Positions 50,481 to 62,171 of a DNA stretch of 64,000 nt are shown here, piece after piece. The notes beneath the pieces were generated by a model. It did no database searches. It saw only the letters and a list, made by a program, of their open reading frames with translations, and had not been told where the DNA came from. The position numbers and the translations under genes are program-made. The stretch is taken from NCBI GenBank assembly GCA_002342415.1, contig DDPY01000054.1:26662-90661 (forward strand), written 5' to 3'. The stretch is from Prevotella sp. UBA2456 (GTDB lineage: Bacteria > Bacteroidota > Bacteroidia > Bacteroidales > Bacteroidaceae). The first letter of the stretch is position 1; every line of letters begins with the position of its first letter.

Positions 50481-52514
50481 ATGAGTATTCTGTCCCATAT
50501 ATTCCTACTCTCGGCGGTGAACACTCCCCCGACCCTGTCATTGGTCATGATGACACTGGTCATTATCGTGTTCATGGTTGTGCTGTTATCCAATCGCATG
50601 ATCCTGCTTCGTGTGCATCGGCGCATGAAGAAAACCGAGCATACCACGTCGATGCTGCAGAACGCGGTGGAAATCAGTGGTAACGAGGTAGTGCGCTACG
50701 ATTTGCTCGACCGCCGTATCTATAAACTCTATGGCAAGATGTTCCCTGACAAGGCACTGACGGCAGACGAATGGCGAAAACATGTACACCCAGACGATCT
50801 GGAGGAAACGCTGGAGTGGATACATCAGGTGGCGGAGGGCAGCCTGAAGCGGGCGGAGTTCTACTATCGCTGGAATTTCGATTTCACCGGCCAGTCGCCC
50901 CGCTGGGGATACATGCACAATGTCAGCGTCCCGGAATATCAGAAAGATACCAAGAAGGTCATCAGTGTCATCAGTACGGTGCTTGATGAGACTGCCCGGC
51001 AGCAACAAGAGGAGCGCGAGAAGGAACTGAGCAACAAGTATAAGCTCATCTTCGAGAACTCCATCATCGGACTCTCCTTCTATACACCTGAAGGCTGGTT
51101 GCTCGCCTCGAACAAGATGATGCGTGAGATTTGTCATTTTGAAAGCGATGAGTATGATGACTTCTTCTCCAAGACCAACCTTTTCGAACTGTCACCTTTC
51201 CGCGAGTGTTGCAATCCTGAACATTTGGAAGAACTGTGGATATGCCACCAGAGCATTGTTCCCGAGCGCGATATCCGTGACTATCTGGAAACCCGTCTGC
51301 ACCCCATCTGTGACGAGTCGGGAAAGGTGGTCTATATCGCTGTCGCTACGCGCAATGTCACGCAAGAGCGCGAGCTGTATCTGCAGTCCAAACTTACCGA
51401 CTCGCAGATACAGCAGGCCAACGAGAAGATCAAGGCCTACGAGGAGGAGCTGACCTTCATGATGGAGACTTGCGAGATGCGGGCCTGGCGCACCACTTAT
51501 AAAGAAAAGAAAGTACAGTTCCTGAAAGGTCTGAGCACTGTTGAGCGCGAGATAACTATCAGCGACTATTTGCAGTATTTCATCGACGACGGCGAGACGG
51601 TGGCCAATTATTTCGAGGAACCCGAGAAGCATTTTTCCGCGCCTATGTCCGTGCTCAGGAAGTCGCGCCCCATCTTCAACGAGGCAGAGCCGGTGATATG
51701 GTACCAGATTAACAGCGTTCCCGTCTTTAACAATCAAGGCGAACTGGTGGGCTCGTTCGGACTTATCCGAAACATGACTCCCTTCATTCAGGCTCAGGAG
51801 AAGCTGAAACTGGAGACCGAGCGTGCCAACGACTCTGGTCGCCTGAAGTCCGTGTTCCTGGCCAATATGACCCACGAGATTCGCACGCCGCTGAATGCCA
51901 TCGTGGGCTTCTCCGACCTCCTGCAGGCTATCGACTCGCCGGAGGAGAAGAAGGAGATGATTCGTGTCATTCATAACAATTGCGACATGCTGCTCCGGCT
52001 CATCAACGACATCCTGGTGCTCTCCAACTTCGATGCCAACGCGATGCAGCTCGTGCCTGGAAAGGTTGACTTCTCGCGCGAGTTCGACCTCACCTGCCAG
52101 TCGCTGCAGCAGCGCGTGCAGGAGCCTGCGGTGGAGTTCCAGAAGGACAATCCGCTGCCCTCGCTGCTCATCAATATTGATATCGGGCGCATCCAGCAGG
52201 TCATCACCAACTTCGTCACCAACGCGGTGAAGTACACCCATCAGGGCCACATCCGTGTCGGCTATCGGATGGAAGACAACGGCCTGCTGTATGTCTATTG
52301 CGAAGACACAGGCTCCGGCATCCCCAAGGAGAAGCAGGAGGCCGTCTTCGAGCGCTTCGTGAAACTGAACGACTATATCCAAGGTACTGGTCTCGGACTC
52401 TCCATCTGCAAGGCCATTGTAGAGAAGTGCGGGGGAACAATCGGTGTGGAGAGTGAGGAAGGCAAAGGCTCTACCTTCTGGTTCCGAATACCAGTAGAAG
52501 TACTTAACGAATAA
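50481..52514 (+). CDS. PAS-domain sensor histidine kinase (canonical)
   Basis: [36 protein letters not shown]. Confidence 0.92.
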   Translation: MSILSHIFLLSAVNTPPTLSLVMMTLVIIVFMVVLLSNRMILLRVHRRMKKTEHTTSMLQNAVEISGNEVVRYDLLDRRIYKLYGKMFPDKALTADEWRKHVHPDDLEETLEWIHQVAEGSLKRAEFYYRWNFDFTGQSPRWGYMHNVSVPEYQKDTKKVISVISTVLDETARQQQEEREKELSNKYKLIFENSIIGLSFYTPEGWLLASNKMMREICHFESDEYDDFFSKTNLFELSPFRECCNPEHLEELWICHQSIVPERDIRDYLETRLHPICDESGKVVYIAVATRNVTQERELYLQSKLTDSQIQQANEKIKAYEEELTFMMETCEMRAWRTTYKEKKVQFLKGLSTVEREITISDYLQYFIDDGETVANYFEEPEKHFSAPMSVLRKSRPIFNEAEPVIWYQINSVPVFNNQGELVGSFGLIRNMTPFIQAQEKLKLETERANDSGRLKSVFLANMTHEIRTPLNAIVGFSDLLQAIDSPEEKKEMIRVIHNNCDMLLRLINDILVLSNFDANAMQLVPGKVDFSREFDLTCQSLQQRVQEPAVEFQKDNPLPSLLINIDIGRIQQVITNFVTNAVKYTHQGHIRVGYRMEDNGLLYVYCEDTGSGIPKEKQEAVFERFVKLNDYIQGTGLGLSICKAIVEKCGGTIGVESEEGKGSTFWFRIPVEVLNE

Positions 52515-52517
52515 ACG

Positions 52518-55316
52518 ATGGAAATGTTGAAGCATACCTTATTTATATTATTATTGGCTCTGATGCCCGCAGTCACGCTTTGTGCAAACGAAGGCGAGGG
52601 CTACGAGGCCTTTACCGAGGATCATCCGCTGATTTATGAAGATGCATGGGATCTGTGGCCCTACGTCTACCTCAACGGGAACGGCGAGCCGGAAGGCTTT
52701 AATGTCGACTTGCTGAAACTCATCTTCAAGGAGCTCAGCATCCCTTACATGATTAAGCTCAGTCCTACCTCTGAGGCATTGAACCACCTGAAGGCCGGAC
52801 ATGCCGATGTGACGTGCGGCATGGACGCTCATTTCCATAACGACTACGCTCAGTATGGAAAGTCCGTCATCCAGATTTTCACGCACAGCGTGCTCCATCG
52901 TAAGAACGAGCCTGCCAAGATAAAGAATGTGGAGGACTTGTCGCGCAACAAGGTCATCGTCCATGACGGCAGCTTCAGTCATCACCTGATGGTCCGTCGC
53001 GGCTGGGGAGCCAATGCCGTTCCCTATGACGATATGCAGGAAGCTGTCCGTCTGGTACACAATGAGCCTGGTCATCAGATCGTATGGAACACGCTCTCGC
53101 TTCAGGCGCTCATCCGCAAGTTCAACTACGACGACTTGGAGGTCACGCCCGTGAATATCCAGCATGGTGAGTATAAGTTCATGTCAAACAATGCGCGCCT
53201 GCTTCAGCAGATGGACAGTGTGTACACCGTGCTCAGCGCCGAGGGCAGGCTGCAGGCCATCCAGAACAAGTGGTTCTATCCCGAGCGTAAGGACTCGGGC
53301 ATCCCGTCGTGGATATGGTTGGTCATCGGCGCCCTGCTGTTGTTCGTCCTGCTGTCGCTCCTCTTCTTCGTCATCTATCGCCGCAAGGAGAAGCGCATGA
53401 CGAAGTCGCTCCGTAGCAGCAACCGCCGGCTGGCACTCATTCTGAAGACGAGTCATGTGCGGATTTGGCTCTACCATGTAGACACCAAGACCATCACTAC
53501 ATTCAACGAGAACGGGGTGGCAGACAATGACAACCTCACGCCTAACTTCTTCTTCTACTCTATGGTGAAGGAGGACTACGAGCGAATCCTGCAGGCACTG
53601 GCCAATGTCTCGCTGCAGAAGTCGGAGCGAGAGACCCTCGACGTGCGAGCGAAGGACGGTTCTCATGGCGAGCTTCACAGCCTTACAATCGGGCTCTCCG
53701 TCTTCAGTCGCGGCAAGAATGGCGTGCCTGTGGATATTATCGGTACTACCAGCGATGTCACGGAGGACAAGTTGAGGCAGCAGCAGGCTCAGGACACGAT
53801 GCTGCACTATCAGACCGTGTTCAACAGTTCGATGGTCGACATCGTGGCCTATGACGAGCATGGTGTGATAATGGATATGAACGACAAGGTGCGCCGGGCA
53901 TTATCGGGCAGTGTCGACCATATCCTTGCCTCGAAGATTACGCTGCGCGATGTGCTGGGCGCGGAGTTCGACGACTTGGAGCATCTGGACCTTACCTACC
54001 TTACGCAGCTGCTCCATTGGCCAGGCGATGAGCGCGCGCTGAGCCGGCTGTTGCAGCGCGACGAGATGTACTATGAGTTGCAGATGGCCCCCGTGCGCAA
54101 CGAACAGGGCCGCCTGATGGCGGTCTATGGCACGGGACGAAACGTGACAGAGGTGGTCCAGTCGTACAGGTTGTTGCAGCTTAATATCGAGCGTTTGCAG
54201 CATGCTACCGACGAGTTGGACCGTTATGTGCGTAATATCGACTTCGTGCTGAAGAAAGGTGGTGTGCGTATGGTCAGCTATTCGCTCGACACGCATACGC
54301 TGACGCTCTATAGTGAGATTGGTAAAGACCAGCTGACGCTGACCCAGACGCGCGCGCTCACGCTGGTATGCGACGAGTCGAAGCGCATAGCCCTGCAGGC
54401 CTTTACCAGCATGGACAACGGCACGCGCTCTACGGTCGAGGCTACGGTCAAGACGCAGTTGCGCCACGGGGATGAGGGCGACCAGCCTGCATGCCCGTTA
54501 TATCTCTACTTGTCGCTGATGCCCACCTACGGAAGTGACGGGCAAGTGACGGGCTACTTCGGCATGTGCCGCGACGTGAGCCTTATCAAGGCCACTGAGG
54601 ATGCATTGGCTCACGAGGCCGCCCGGGCGCAGGAGGTAGAGACCGTCAAGAATGCCTTCCTCCGTAATATGAGCTATCAGATTCGTACGCCGCTCAACTC
54701 GGTGGTAGGCTTTGCCGAACTCTTCGAGATGGAGCATTCGCCTGAGGACGAATCCGTATTTATTCAGGAAATCAACGACAATGCCTCGCGCCTGTTGGAG
54801 CTCATCAACGACATCCTGTTCCTATCGCGTCTGGATGCCCAGATGATAGAATACAAGCGGGAGATGATCAACTTCGCCGAGTTTTTCGAGTCGCGTTGCC
54901 AGACAGTAGGCTTCCACCATCGGAAATCGGGTGTCGACTTTGTGGTCGATGGCAATTATCAGCGGTTGGTGGTCGACATCGACATGAACAATGTGGGTAT
55001 CATCATCGACCAGATTCTTGCCAATGCCTCCGAATACACATCAGCCGGGCAGGTGCGCTCCAGCTATGACTATACGGGCGAGGCCCTGGTGATGACCTTC
55101 CAGGACACTGGTTGCGGCATGTCCGACGAGCAGCTGAAGCATATCTTCGACCGCTTTGCCTCTTCGGGCAGTCGCGGCACGGGCCTCGGCCTGAACATCT
55201 GTCAGGAGCTGGCCCAGCAGATGGGCGGCAAGATCAAGGTGCACTCTGAACTCGGCAAGGGCACCATCGTGTGGGTCACCATCCCATGCAGTTGTAGTGA
55301 AATAGTAAGGAAATAG
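52518..55316 (+). CDS. Sensor kinase homolog with periplasmic solute-binding (family 3) domain and Tyr at the H-box (putative pseudokinase 2)
   Basis: Signal peptide, WPY.Y...G.PEGFNVD...IQNKWF, TM, PAS; [14 protein letters not shown]; N box [10 protein letters not shown]. Confidence 0.88.
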   Translation: MEMLKHTLFILLLALMPAVTLCANEGEGYEAFTEDHPLIYEDAWDLWPYVYLNGNGEPEGFNVDLLKLIFKELSIPYMIKLSPTSEALNHLKAGHADVTCGMDAHFHNDYAQYGKSVIQIFTHSVLHRKNEPAKIKNVEDLSRNKVIVHDGSFSHHLMVRRGWGANAVPYDDMQEAVRLVHNEPGHQIVWNTLSLQALIRKFNYDDLEVTPVNIQHGEYKFMSNNARLLQQMDSVYTVLSAEGRLQAIQNKWFYPERKDSGIPSWIWLVIGALLLFVLLSLLFFVIYRRKEKRMTKSLRSSNRRLALILKTSHVRIWLYHVDTKTITTFNENGVADNDNLTPNFFFYSMVKEDYERILQALANVSLQKSERETLDVRAKDGSHGELHSLTIGLSVFSRGKNGVPVDIIGTTSDVTEDKLRQQQAQDTMLHYQTVFNSSMVDIVAYDEHGVIMDMNDKVRRALSGSVDHILASKITLRDVLGAEFDDLEHLDLTYLTQLLHWPGDERALSRLLQRDEMYYELQMAPVRNEQGRLMAVYGTGRNVTEVVQSYRLLQLNIERLQHATDELDRYVRNIDFVLKKGGVRMVSYSLDTHTLTLYSEIGKDQLTLTQTRALTLVCDESKRIALQAFTSMDNGTRSTVEATVKTQLRHGDEGDQPACPLYLYLSLMPTYGSDGQVTGYFGMCRDVSLIKATEDALAHEAARAQEVETVKNAFLRNMSYQIRTPLNSVVGFAELFEMEHSPEDESVFIQEINDNASRLLELINDILFLSRLDAQMIEYKREMINFAEFFESRCQTVGFHHRKSGVDFVVDGNYQRLVVDIDMNNVGIIIDQILANASEYTSAGQVRSSYDYTGEALVMTFQDTGCGMSDEQLKHIFDRFASSGSRGTGLGLNICQELAQQMGGKIKVHSELGKGTIVWVTIPCSCSEIVRK

Positions 55317-55341
55317 GTGAGGAAGGAGGATTATAGAAAAG

Positions 55342-58089
55342 ATGAAGAGATATTGCCTGTATATTGCTTGTTGCTTATGGGCGCTGACAACCGCCACAAC
55401 GCTGTCGGCCAAGGACACCTTTGGATTCACCAAGGAGCATCCCCTGGTCGTCGTATGCGACTGGGACTTTGCGCCGTTCGAATTTCTGAACTCGGAGGGC
55501 ATGCCCGACGGTTATAACGTCGAAGTGCTCGACCTGATATTCAGCCGGCTGGGCATTCCGCACCAGTTTGTGATGCAGGAGTGGTATGTGGCCATGCAGA
55601 TGTTCGACCATCGCAAGGCCGACCTCATCCACGCGCTGTCGGATCACTATAATCATGCGCCGTACGTGATGACCAAGAAGTACATCAACTACTATAACGT
55701 GAGCGTAGTGCGCAAGGTCGGCACTCCGCCTCTGTTCCGTCTGGCCGACTTGTCGGAGAAATCCACGCTCATCCTCAAGAAGGACGACTATGCCGAGCTG
55801 CGCATGAGGGATATGGACTGCTCCTTCAAGAAGGAATACCGCCCGGCCAAGAGCGCGTTGCAGCGGATACGGCAGGGCAAGGGAAGATATTTCGTATGGG
55901 GCGAGGTGCCGCTGAAGCTCAAGATCAAGGAGCTGGGCCTCGACAGCCTCACGATGGACCGCATAGACATCCCGGCGGGCGAGCTGCGCATCGTCAGCTA
56001 CAACAAGGCGCTCATCGACGTCATCGATGACCAGTACACGCGGTTGGAGCAGGCCGGCGAGCTGGAGAAGATTTACGACAAGTGGTTCCACCCCGAGCGC
56101 GTCCACGACGATGCCTCCCCCGTCACGCTCTATATTCTGGGCGGGCTCATCGTGCTGGGCATCCTCATCTTCCTGCTGAACCGTCTGACCACTTTTCGCG
56201 TCCGGACGGCGGTGCGCAAGAGCGGCGAGGTGAACGGCATGATGCGTCAGGCGCTGAACATGGGCGACTACAGCGTGATGGAATACGACATCATGACGGG
56301 CCATATCCGCAACGTCTACGGAGAGCTGCTCCCGGAGCAGGGCATGTCGATGTACGAGTTCCAGCAGCGGCTGGCGCCCGAGGAACTGGAGGATTTCCAG
56401 AATTCTCTCGACCAGATGCACCGTGGAAAGATGCTCCATTGGACGATGAGGAAGCGCTTTAATGCCGGAACGGCGGAGTCGCCCGAATGGCGGATGCTCT
56501 ACGGCGAGGCCATCGTGGAATATGAGAACGACCAGCCCCGCTACATTGTGAATACGGTGAAGGACATGACCACCGAGGTGGAGACAGAGCGCCGCAATCA
56601 GGAGATTGGAGCGCGCTATATGAAGATATTCGAGACCAGCATGATAGCCATGTCATTCTATGATGCCAAGGGGCGGCTGCTCGACCTGAACCGGAAGATG
56701 CGCGAGCTCTGCGCCTTCGACGAGGACGGCGAGCGCCACTTCCGCGAGACCTCGCTCTTCGACGCGCCCCTGCTGCAGGACGTCATCTGGGAGGGCAGCC
56801 GCGAGCCGGTGCACGTCTGCCAGCACATGTACTATCCGAAGCTGGGCATCGACAAGTATATCGAGGCGCGCATCCTGCCCGTCGTCGACGATGCCGGCCA
56901 GCTCATCTACTACGTCGTCACCAGCCGCGACCTCACCAGCGAGCGCGAGATGTATATGCAGCAGCGCGAGCACGAGCAGCGTCTGCACAGCACCAATGCC
57001 GCCATCAGCACCTACGAGGAGCGCCTGCACTATCTGCTCAAGGAGTGCAACATGTATGTCTGGCAGTTCGACTTCGCCAGCCGTCGCATCAACTTCGCGC
57101 AGACGCTGGGCAAGGTGGAGTTCTCCACCAGCATCGAGGAGCACATGGAGAGCATCGCCCCCGAGGAACGCGAGCAGGCCCTCAACATCAAGACCAGCAC
57201 GGTCATGAAGGGCCAGCCCTTCAACGTGGTCCACCACTTCCTGCACACCCCGCTGAGCGACAGCCCCGGATGGTATGCCCTCAACGGACTGCCCCAGCGC
57301 GACAAGCAGGGCCGCGTGACGGGATACTACGGTCTGGCCCGCGATGTCACCTACCTCATGCAGACCCAGCAGCGCCTGCGCGAGGAGACTGCCCGAGCCG
57401 AGAACTCAGGACTGCTCAAGAGCGCCTTCCTGGCCAACATGACCCACGAGATTCGCACACCGCTCAATGCCATCGTAGGCTTCAGCGGACTGCTCCAGAT
57501 GGTCGAGGCCCCCGAGGAGCGCAGGGAGTTCATCCGCATCATCCGCAGCAACTGCGACATGCTGCTGCGACTCATCAACGACATCCTCGAGGCATCGAGC
57601 ATGGGACAGTCTATGACCATCGAACCTGAGGACATCGACCTGGCGATGGTCTTCGACGACATCTGCCAGACCCTCGAACAGCGCGTCGCAGAGTCCGGCA
57701 TACCCTTCGTCAAGGACAATCCCTACGACACCTGTCCCGCCGTCCTCGACAAGGGCCGCCTGCAGCAGATACTCACCAACTTCGTCACCAATGCCGTCAA
57801 ATACACCAAGCAGGGCCACATCCGCGTGGGCTATCGCAGGGAGGAACGTGGCGGCCGCCAGGGACTCTACTTCTACTGCGAGGACACCGGCACCGGCATC
57901 CCCAAGGACAAGCAGTCGGCCGTCTTCGAGCGTTTCGTCAAGCTCAACGACTACGTGCAGGGCACGGGCCTTGGCCTCTCCATCTGCAAAGCCATCGTTG
58001 ACCGCTGCGACGGCCAGATCGGTGTCGACTCCGAACCCGGCCACGGCTCCACCTTCTGGTTCTGGGTTCCCTCCGCACGGGATCTATAA
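55342..58089 (+). CDS. Sensor histidine kinase with periplasmic solute-binding domain (canonical)
   Basis: DFAPFEF...G.PDGYNVE...IYDKWF, TM, PAS; [29 protein letters not shown]. Confidence 0.92.
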   Translation: MKRYCLYIACCLWALTTATTLSAKDTFGFTKEHPLVVVCDWDFAPFEFLNSEGMPDGYNVEVLDLIFSRLGIPHQFVMQEWYVAMQMFDHRKADLIHALSDHYNHAPYVMTKKYINYYNVSVVRKVGTPPLFRLADLSEKSTLILKKDDYAELRMRDMDCSFKKEYRPAKSALQRIRQGKGRYFVWGEVPLKLKIKELGLDSLTMDRIDIPAGELRIVSYNKALIDVIDDQYTRLEQAGELEKIYDKWFHPERVHDDASPVTLYILGGLIVLGILIFLLNRLTTFRVRTAVRKSGEVNGMMRQALNMGDYSVMEYDIMTGHIRNVYGELLPEQGMSMYEFQQRLAPEELEDFQNSLDQMHRGKMLHWTMRKRFNAGTAESPEWRMLYGEAIVEYENDQPRYIVNTVKDMTTEVETERRNQEIGARYMKIFETSMIAMSFYDAKGRLLDLNRKMRELCAFDEDGERHFRETSLFDAPLLQDVIWEGSREPVHVCQHMYYPKLGIDKYIEARILPVVDDAGQLIYYVVTSRDLTSEREMYMQQREHEQRLHSTNAAISTYEERLHYLLKECNMYVWQFDFASRRINFAQTLGKVEFSTSIEEHMESIAPEEREQALNIKTSTVMKGQPFNVVHHFLHTPLSDSPGWYALNGLPQRDKQGRVTGYYGLARDVTYLMQTQQRLREETARAENSGLLKSAFLANMTHEIRTPLNAIVGFSGLLQMVEAPEERREFIRIIRSNCDMLLRLINDILEASSMGQSMTIEPEDIDLAMVFDDICQTLEQRVAESGIPFVKDNPYDTCPAVLDKGRLQQILTNFVTNAVKYTKQGHIRVGYRREERGGRQGLYFYCEDTGTGIPKDKQSAVFERFVKLNDYVQGTGLGLSICKAIVDRCDGQIGVDSEPGHGSTFWFWVPSARDL

Positions 58090-58090
58090 T

Positions 58091-58164
58091 TGAACACAGA
58101 GAATGCAGAGTTATTTCCATCGCGAGAAATAAAGAACTCTGTGTCTCCGTACTTCTGTGTTCAT
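58091..58164. repeat. Inverted repeat / terminator-like hairpin (AACACAGAG family)
   Basis: tgaacacagag...cagagttatttc ... gaaata..aactctg...tctgtgttca. Confidence 0.65.
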
Positions 58165-58212
58165 TCATTCACTCCGCCGAATTCGTCACCCTCTTCCGCA
58201 TGGCGCGAAACG

Positions 58213-58337
58213 TTAATGCGCATTATCGATGTCGATAATGCGCATTATTCATTTCGTTGATGCGCATGACCGGAACCAATCATGATACATGGGTAAAACG
58301 AATGATGCGCATTATCCGGGAGGACGATGCGCATCAG
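58213..58337. repeat. Array of palindromic ATGCGCAT cores at ~22-bp period
   Basis: cores at 58216, 58238, 58260, 58305, 58327 with a degenerate slot near 58282. Confidence 0.85.
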
Positions 58338-58360
58338 TGACTTCAGCGATGCAGGAAGAA

Positions 58361-59704
58361 TCAGAAGAGGAAGGTGCGCTCGGCCCAGTAGCAGAGGATA
58401 CCGGCGAGATAGCCGACGAAGGCTATCCAGGTGATCTTCTTCATGTACCAGCCGAAGGTGATCTTTTCGAGGCCCATGACTACGACACCGGCGGCAGAAC
58501 CGATGATGAGCATCGAACCGCCCACGCCGGCGCAGTAGGCCAGCAGCTGCCAGAAGATGCCGTCGACGGCCATGTCGCCTGCGGCCTGAACGGGATACAT
58601 GCCCATGCATCCGGCCACGAGGGGCACGTTGTCGACGATGGACGACAGCACGCCGATGATGCCCGTCACCAGATAGTGGTTGCCCTCGAAGGCAACATCG
58701 AGGCTCTTGCCCAGCATGGTGAGCACGCCGATGGTCTCCAGACAGGCTACGGCCATCAGGATGCCGAGGAAGAAGAGGATGGTGGACATGTCAATGCGCG
58801 TGAGCATGGTGGTGACGCGCTTCTGCATGGCGCCTTTCTCCTCGGGGGCCTTCAGGTCGGCATAGAATATCTCGGTGACGGTCCACAGCACACCGAGCAC
58901 GAGCAGGATGCCCACGAACGGCGGCAGGTGGGTGATGGTCTTGAAGATGGGCACGAAGATGAGACCGCCCACTCCCAGGAAGAAGATAATCTTTCGCTGC
59001 GAGGTCGTCAGGTCGCTGGCTCCTACGGTCTGGGCCTGCGCGGCTGTAAAGGTCAGGTTGCCCTTGAGCGACAGCGACAGGATGTAGGCTGGGATGACCA
59101 TCGAGACGAGCGAGGGAATGAAAATCTCCATGATGACGCCGGCGGCCGTGATGACGCCCTTGTTCCAGAGCATGATGGTGGTGACGTCGCCGATGGGCGA
59201 GAAGGCACCGCCGGAGTTGGCGGCGATGACTACCAGTGCGGCATAGATGAGGCGGTCCTTCTGGTCGCTCACCAGCTTGCGCAGAATCATAATCATCACG
59301 ATCGAGGTGGTGAGGTTGTCGAGGATGGCCGACAGGATGAAGGTCATGAAGGCGATGCGCCACAGCAGGGCCCGCTTCGACTTGGTCTGCAGCGTGTCGC
59401 GCACAAAGTTGAAACCTCCGTTCTGGTCTACCAGCTCTACAATGGTCATGGCACCCATGAGGAAGAAGAGAGTGGTGGAAGTGGAGCCCAGGTGGTGCTC
59501 GATGACTTCGCTGACGGCTGAGGCAACCTTGTCGCCCACGGCTCCAGCCACATAGCTGCCCGGATCGAACATGAAGAGCGTCCAGCAGCCCACGAACATC
59601 AGCAAGGCAATGGCAGCCTTGTTGATTTTTGTCAGGCTCTCGATGGCAATGCAGAAATAGCCGATGCAGAAGAGGATGACGATGCAAATTGTTAATGTTG
59701 ACAT
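58361..59704 (-). CDS. nhaD: NhaD-family Na+/H+ antiporter
   Basis: FFLMGAMTIVE, LSAILDNLTT, AANSGGAFSPIGDVTT, SSIVDNVPLV, GGSMLIIGSAAGV. Confidence 0.9.
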   Translation of the reverse strand: MSTLTICIVILFCIGYFCIAIESLTKINKAAIALLMFVGCWTLFMFDPGSYVAGAVGDKVASAVSEVIEHHLGSTSTTLFFLMGAMTIVELVDQNGGFNFVRDTLQTKSKRALLWRIAFMTFILSAILDNLTTSIVMIMILRKLVSDQKDRLIYAALVVIAANSGGAFSPIGDVTTIMLWNKGVITAAGVIMEIFIPSLVSMVIPAYILSLSLKGNLTFTAAQAQTVGASDLTTSQRKIIFFLGVGGLIFVPIFKTITHLPPFVGILLVLGVLWTVTEIFYADLKAPEEKGAMQKRVTTMLTRIDMSTILFFLGILMAVACLETIGVLTMLGKSLDVAFEGNHYLVTGIIGVLSSIVDNVPLVAGCMGMYPVQAAGDMAVDGIFWQLLAYCAGVGGSMLIIGSAAGVVVMGLEKITFGWYMKKITWIAFVGYLAGILCYWAERTFLF

Positions 59705-59777
59705 AATGATTTGAATTTAATAGATTGTAGATATTGCGTGCAAAGGTACAAATAAAATCAGAAAACAAACCAATTTT

Positions 59778-62132
59778 TTATTCTAATTTAAGCGTAACCG
59801 TTTTGGTTTTGTTCCTCGATTTGATTTTCAGTCTCACCGTTCCTGCCTCCCTGCCGGCGCGCAGGATGACGGTTGTGCTGCCCTGCCAGAGGCGGTGGCT
59901 CGCATCGGCGGTCAGCGCGTGGCTCGTGATGTCGCCATTGCTGATGCCCGCGATTCGCGCCGGGCCTTCCAGCTGGAAGGTCAGCTCGTCGTCGGCGGTC
60001 CGGACCTGCCGGCCTTGGGCATCGACGGCCCGGATCAGGATGTGCTGCAGGTCGTAGCCATCGGCTTGCCAGCGGCCATTGTCGGCTTCAGCCTGTAGGC
60101 CGACAGCCTTGCCGGTGGTCTCCAGCGAGTGGCGAGCCACCACCTTCCCCCCTTGATAGCCTACGGCCTCCAGCCTTCCGCTCTGGTAGTCCGTCTCGCC
60201 CCAATGTATCTGGTTGCGCAGCTTCGCCTCGCGAGGATTCTGCCTTCGACCCAGGCTCTTGCCGTTGAGCAGCAGTTCCACCTCGTCGCAGTTGGTAAAG
60301 ATGTAGAGGTCGGCCTTGGTGCCCGCCGGTCGGTTCCAGTTCTCTGTGTAGCGGTCGTTGGCCATCTTCACTCCGTTCCACATCTCGCTGTTCGCGCTTT
60401 CGAGCACCGCCAAGTGGACGGTAGGCTCCTCGGGCTTGAACATCGACTTCATCAGGTAGGCCTTGGGCTTGGGTTGCAGCGAGATGTCGAACACCCCTTG
60501 CGCCCATCCTTTGGCCGGCCACCCCATGCTCTCGCCCAGATAGTCGATGGCTCCCCAGTAGGCCAGCCCGATCACCTTGTCGAGGTCCATCTCGAAGAAG
60601 TTCTTGCCCATCGCCTGCGTGGATGCCTCGCTCTGATAGAATGTCATCCAGGGGAAGCGCCGCCCGTCGCCGGGGAAGTACATGTAGCGGTAGTTGTACG
60701 ACTGCACATCGGTCACGCGGGCCAGGTCGCAGGGCAGCGAGTCAGTCTGGCGGTTGCGGTAGCGCGGGTGCATGGCTACGGTGGTCAGTCGGGTGGTGTC
60801 GTAGCGGTTCAGCAGCGTCCTCTGCAGCTGATAGGCCGTCACCCCCCAGTCGTGATAGCGTGTGTCGTAGATTTGTTGCAGTTCGTTGCCTAAGCTCCAC
60901 ATGATGACGGAGGGAGCGTTGCGGTCGCGCTTCACCCATTCAGTGACATCCTGCTGCCAGTGCTGTTCCCACGGCGAGCGGCCGCCGGCATACTGCTGCG
61001 TCCACTTGTCGTAGAGCTCGTCTACCACCAGTATGCCGTATTGGTTGCACAGTTGGATAAACTCGCGGCTGTACGGATTGTGTGAGGTGCGGATGTGGTT
61101 GATACCAAACTGTTTCATCAGCTGGATGCGCTTCTCGATGGCGCGCGGATAGGCGGCGGCTCCCAGCGCGCCTAACGTATGGTGGTTGGCATAGCCTTTC
61201 AGCAGCACCTTCCGGCCGTTCAGCTTCAGCCCGTATTCCGGACCTATTTCTACCGTTCGGATGCCAAACGTCTCTTCCACCTCGTCGGCCACACTGCCGT
61301 CTTCGCGTAGCAGGCTGACGACTGCCTTATATAAATAAGGTGTCTCGCAGCTCCAGAGCAACGGCTTCTCGATGGTGAGCTCGGGCAGTCGAAACTCCCA
61401 CGAGGATGCCAGCCGCTTCGGCTTCGTGCGCGCTTCCGCCACCAACTGTCCGTCGGGCTGATAGATGCGCACGCTCGCCTCAAACGTTGCCTTGCGACTG
61501 GCGGTCACATCGGCGGAGATGTTCACATACCGGTTGTCGCGAGTCGTGATATACAGCGGATGGCGGTTGAAGAAGATGTCCTTGGCTGTGGTGACGAGGC
61601 TGACATGGCGGAAGAGTCCGCCGCCTGTGTACCATCGTGAGTTCTTTTCCGTCATGGTGTTGGCCTTGACCACGATGACATTCTCCCGGTCGTATCGCAG
61701 ATAGCGGGTGATGTCTGTCTCAAAGCCTAAGTAGCCATAGTCGGTTCTCCCGATATGTTGTCCGTTCAGCCAGACGTCGCCCACCAGCATGATGCCCTCG
61801 AAGTCGAGCAGGATGCGCCTGTCTTTCCACTCCGCACTGTCTGCGGTCAGCGTCTTCCGATACCATCCGGTGCCCATCTCCTTGAATCCGCGAGCCGAGA
61901 GCCGCGACTTGGTGTTGGCTGCCGCGTCGCTGTTGTCGGCACGCTCGTCGGCGGCAGGAGCCACCCACGGCTGTACTATCTGGAAATCGTGAGGCACATC
62001 AACCTTTTCTGTCTGGCTGAACAGCGAGTCGCGGCTGAACTCCCAGCCAAAGTCCATGTTGAGGACCTGTCGTACTTGCGAATGGCCTGCAAGTGATATG
62101 GATGCAAGCAGAATCAGTAGTTGTTGTTTCAT
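59778..62132 (-). CDS. Glycoside hydrolase family 2 (beta-galactosidase-like)
   Basis: RWYTGGGLFR, FGIRT, IRTSHNP, KRDRNAPSVIMWSLGNE, DYLGES; signal peptide. Confidence 0.92.
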   Translation of the reverse strand: MKQQLLILLASISLAGHSQVRQVLNMDFGWEFSRDSLFSQTEKVDVPHDFQIVQPWVAPAADERADNSDAAANTKSRLSARGFKEMGTGWYRKTLTADSAEWKDRRILLDFEGIMLVGDVWLNGQHIGRTDYGYLGFETDITRYLRYDRENVIVVKANTMTEKNSRWYTGGGLFRHVSLVTTAKDIFFNRHPLYITTRDNRYVNISADVTASRKATFEASVRIYQPDGQLVAEARTKPKRLASSWEFRLPELTIEKPLLWSCETPYLYKAVVSLLREDGSVADEVEETFGIRTVEIGPEYGLKLNGRKVLLKGYANHHTLGALGAAAYPRAIEKRIQLMKQFGINHIRTSHNPYSREFIQLCNQYGILVVDELYDKWTQQYAGGRSPWEQHWQQDVTEWVKRDRNAPSVIMWSLGNELQQIYDTRYHDWGVTAYQLQRTLLNRYDTTRLTTVAMHPRYRNRQTDSLPCDLARVTDVQSYNYRYMYFPGDGRRFPWMTFYQSEASTQAMGKNFFEMDLDKVIGLAYWGAIDYLGESMGWPAKGWAQGVFDISLQPKPKAYLMKSMFKPEEPTVHLAVLESANSEMWNGVKMANDRYTENWNRPAGTKADLYIFTNCDEVELLLNGKSLGRRQNPREAKLRNQIHWGETDYQSGRLEAVGYQGGKVVARHSLETTGKAVGLQAEADNGRWQADGYDLQHILIRAVDAQGRQVRTADDELTFQLEGPARIAGISNGDITSHALTADASHRLWQGSTTVILRAGREAGTVRLKIKSRNKTKTVTLKLE

Positions 62133-62171
62133 CGCTGTTGTCGTATTTGCATGTTGCCAAGACGGGAGGCC

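Noticed and set aside
58213-58337. Possible CRISPR array
   Set aside because: Repeat core is only 8-14 bp and spacers ~14 bp, with no cas genes; not CRISPR geometry.
51192-59521. Antisense ORFs of 350-450 aa over the kinases and nhaD
   Set aside because: Shadow ORFs without independent coding signal.
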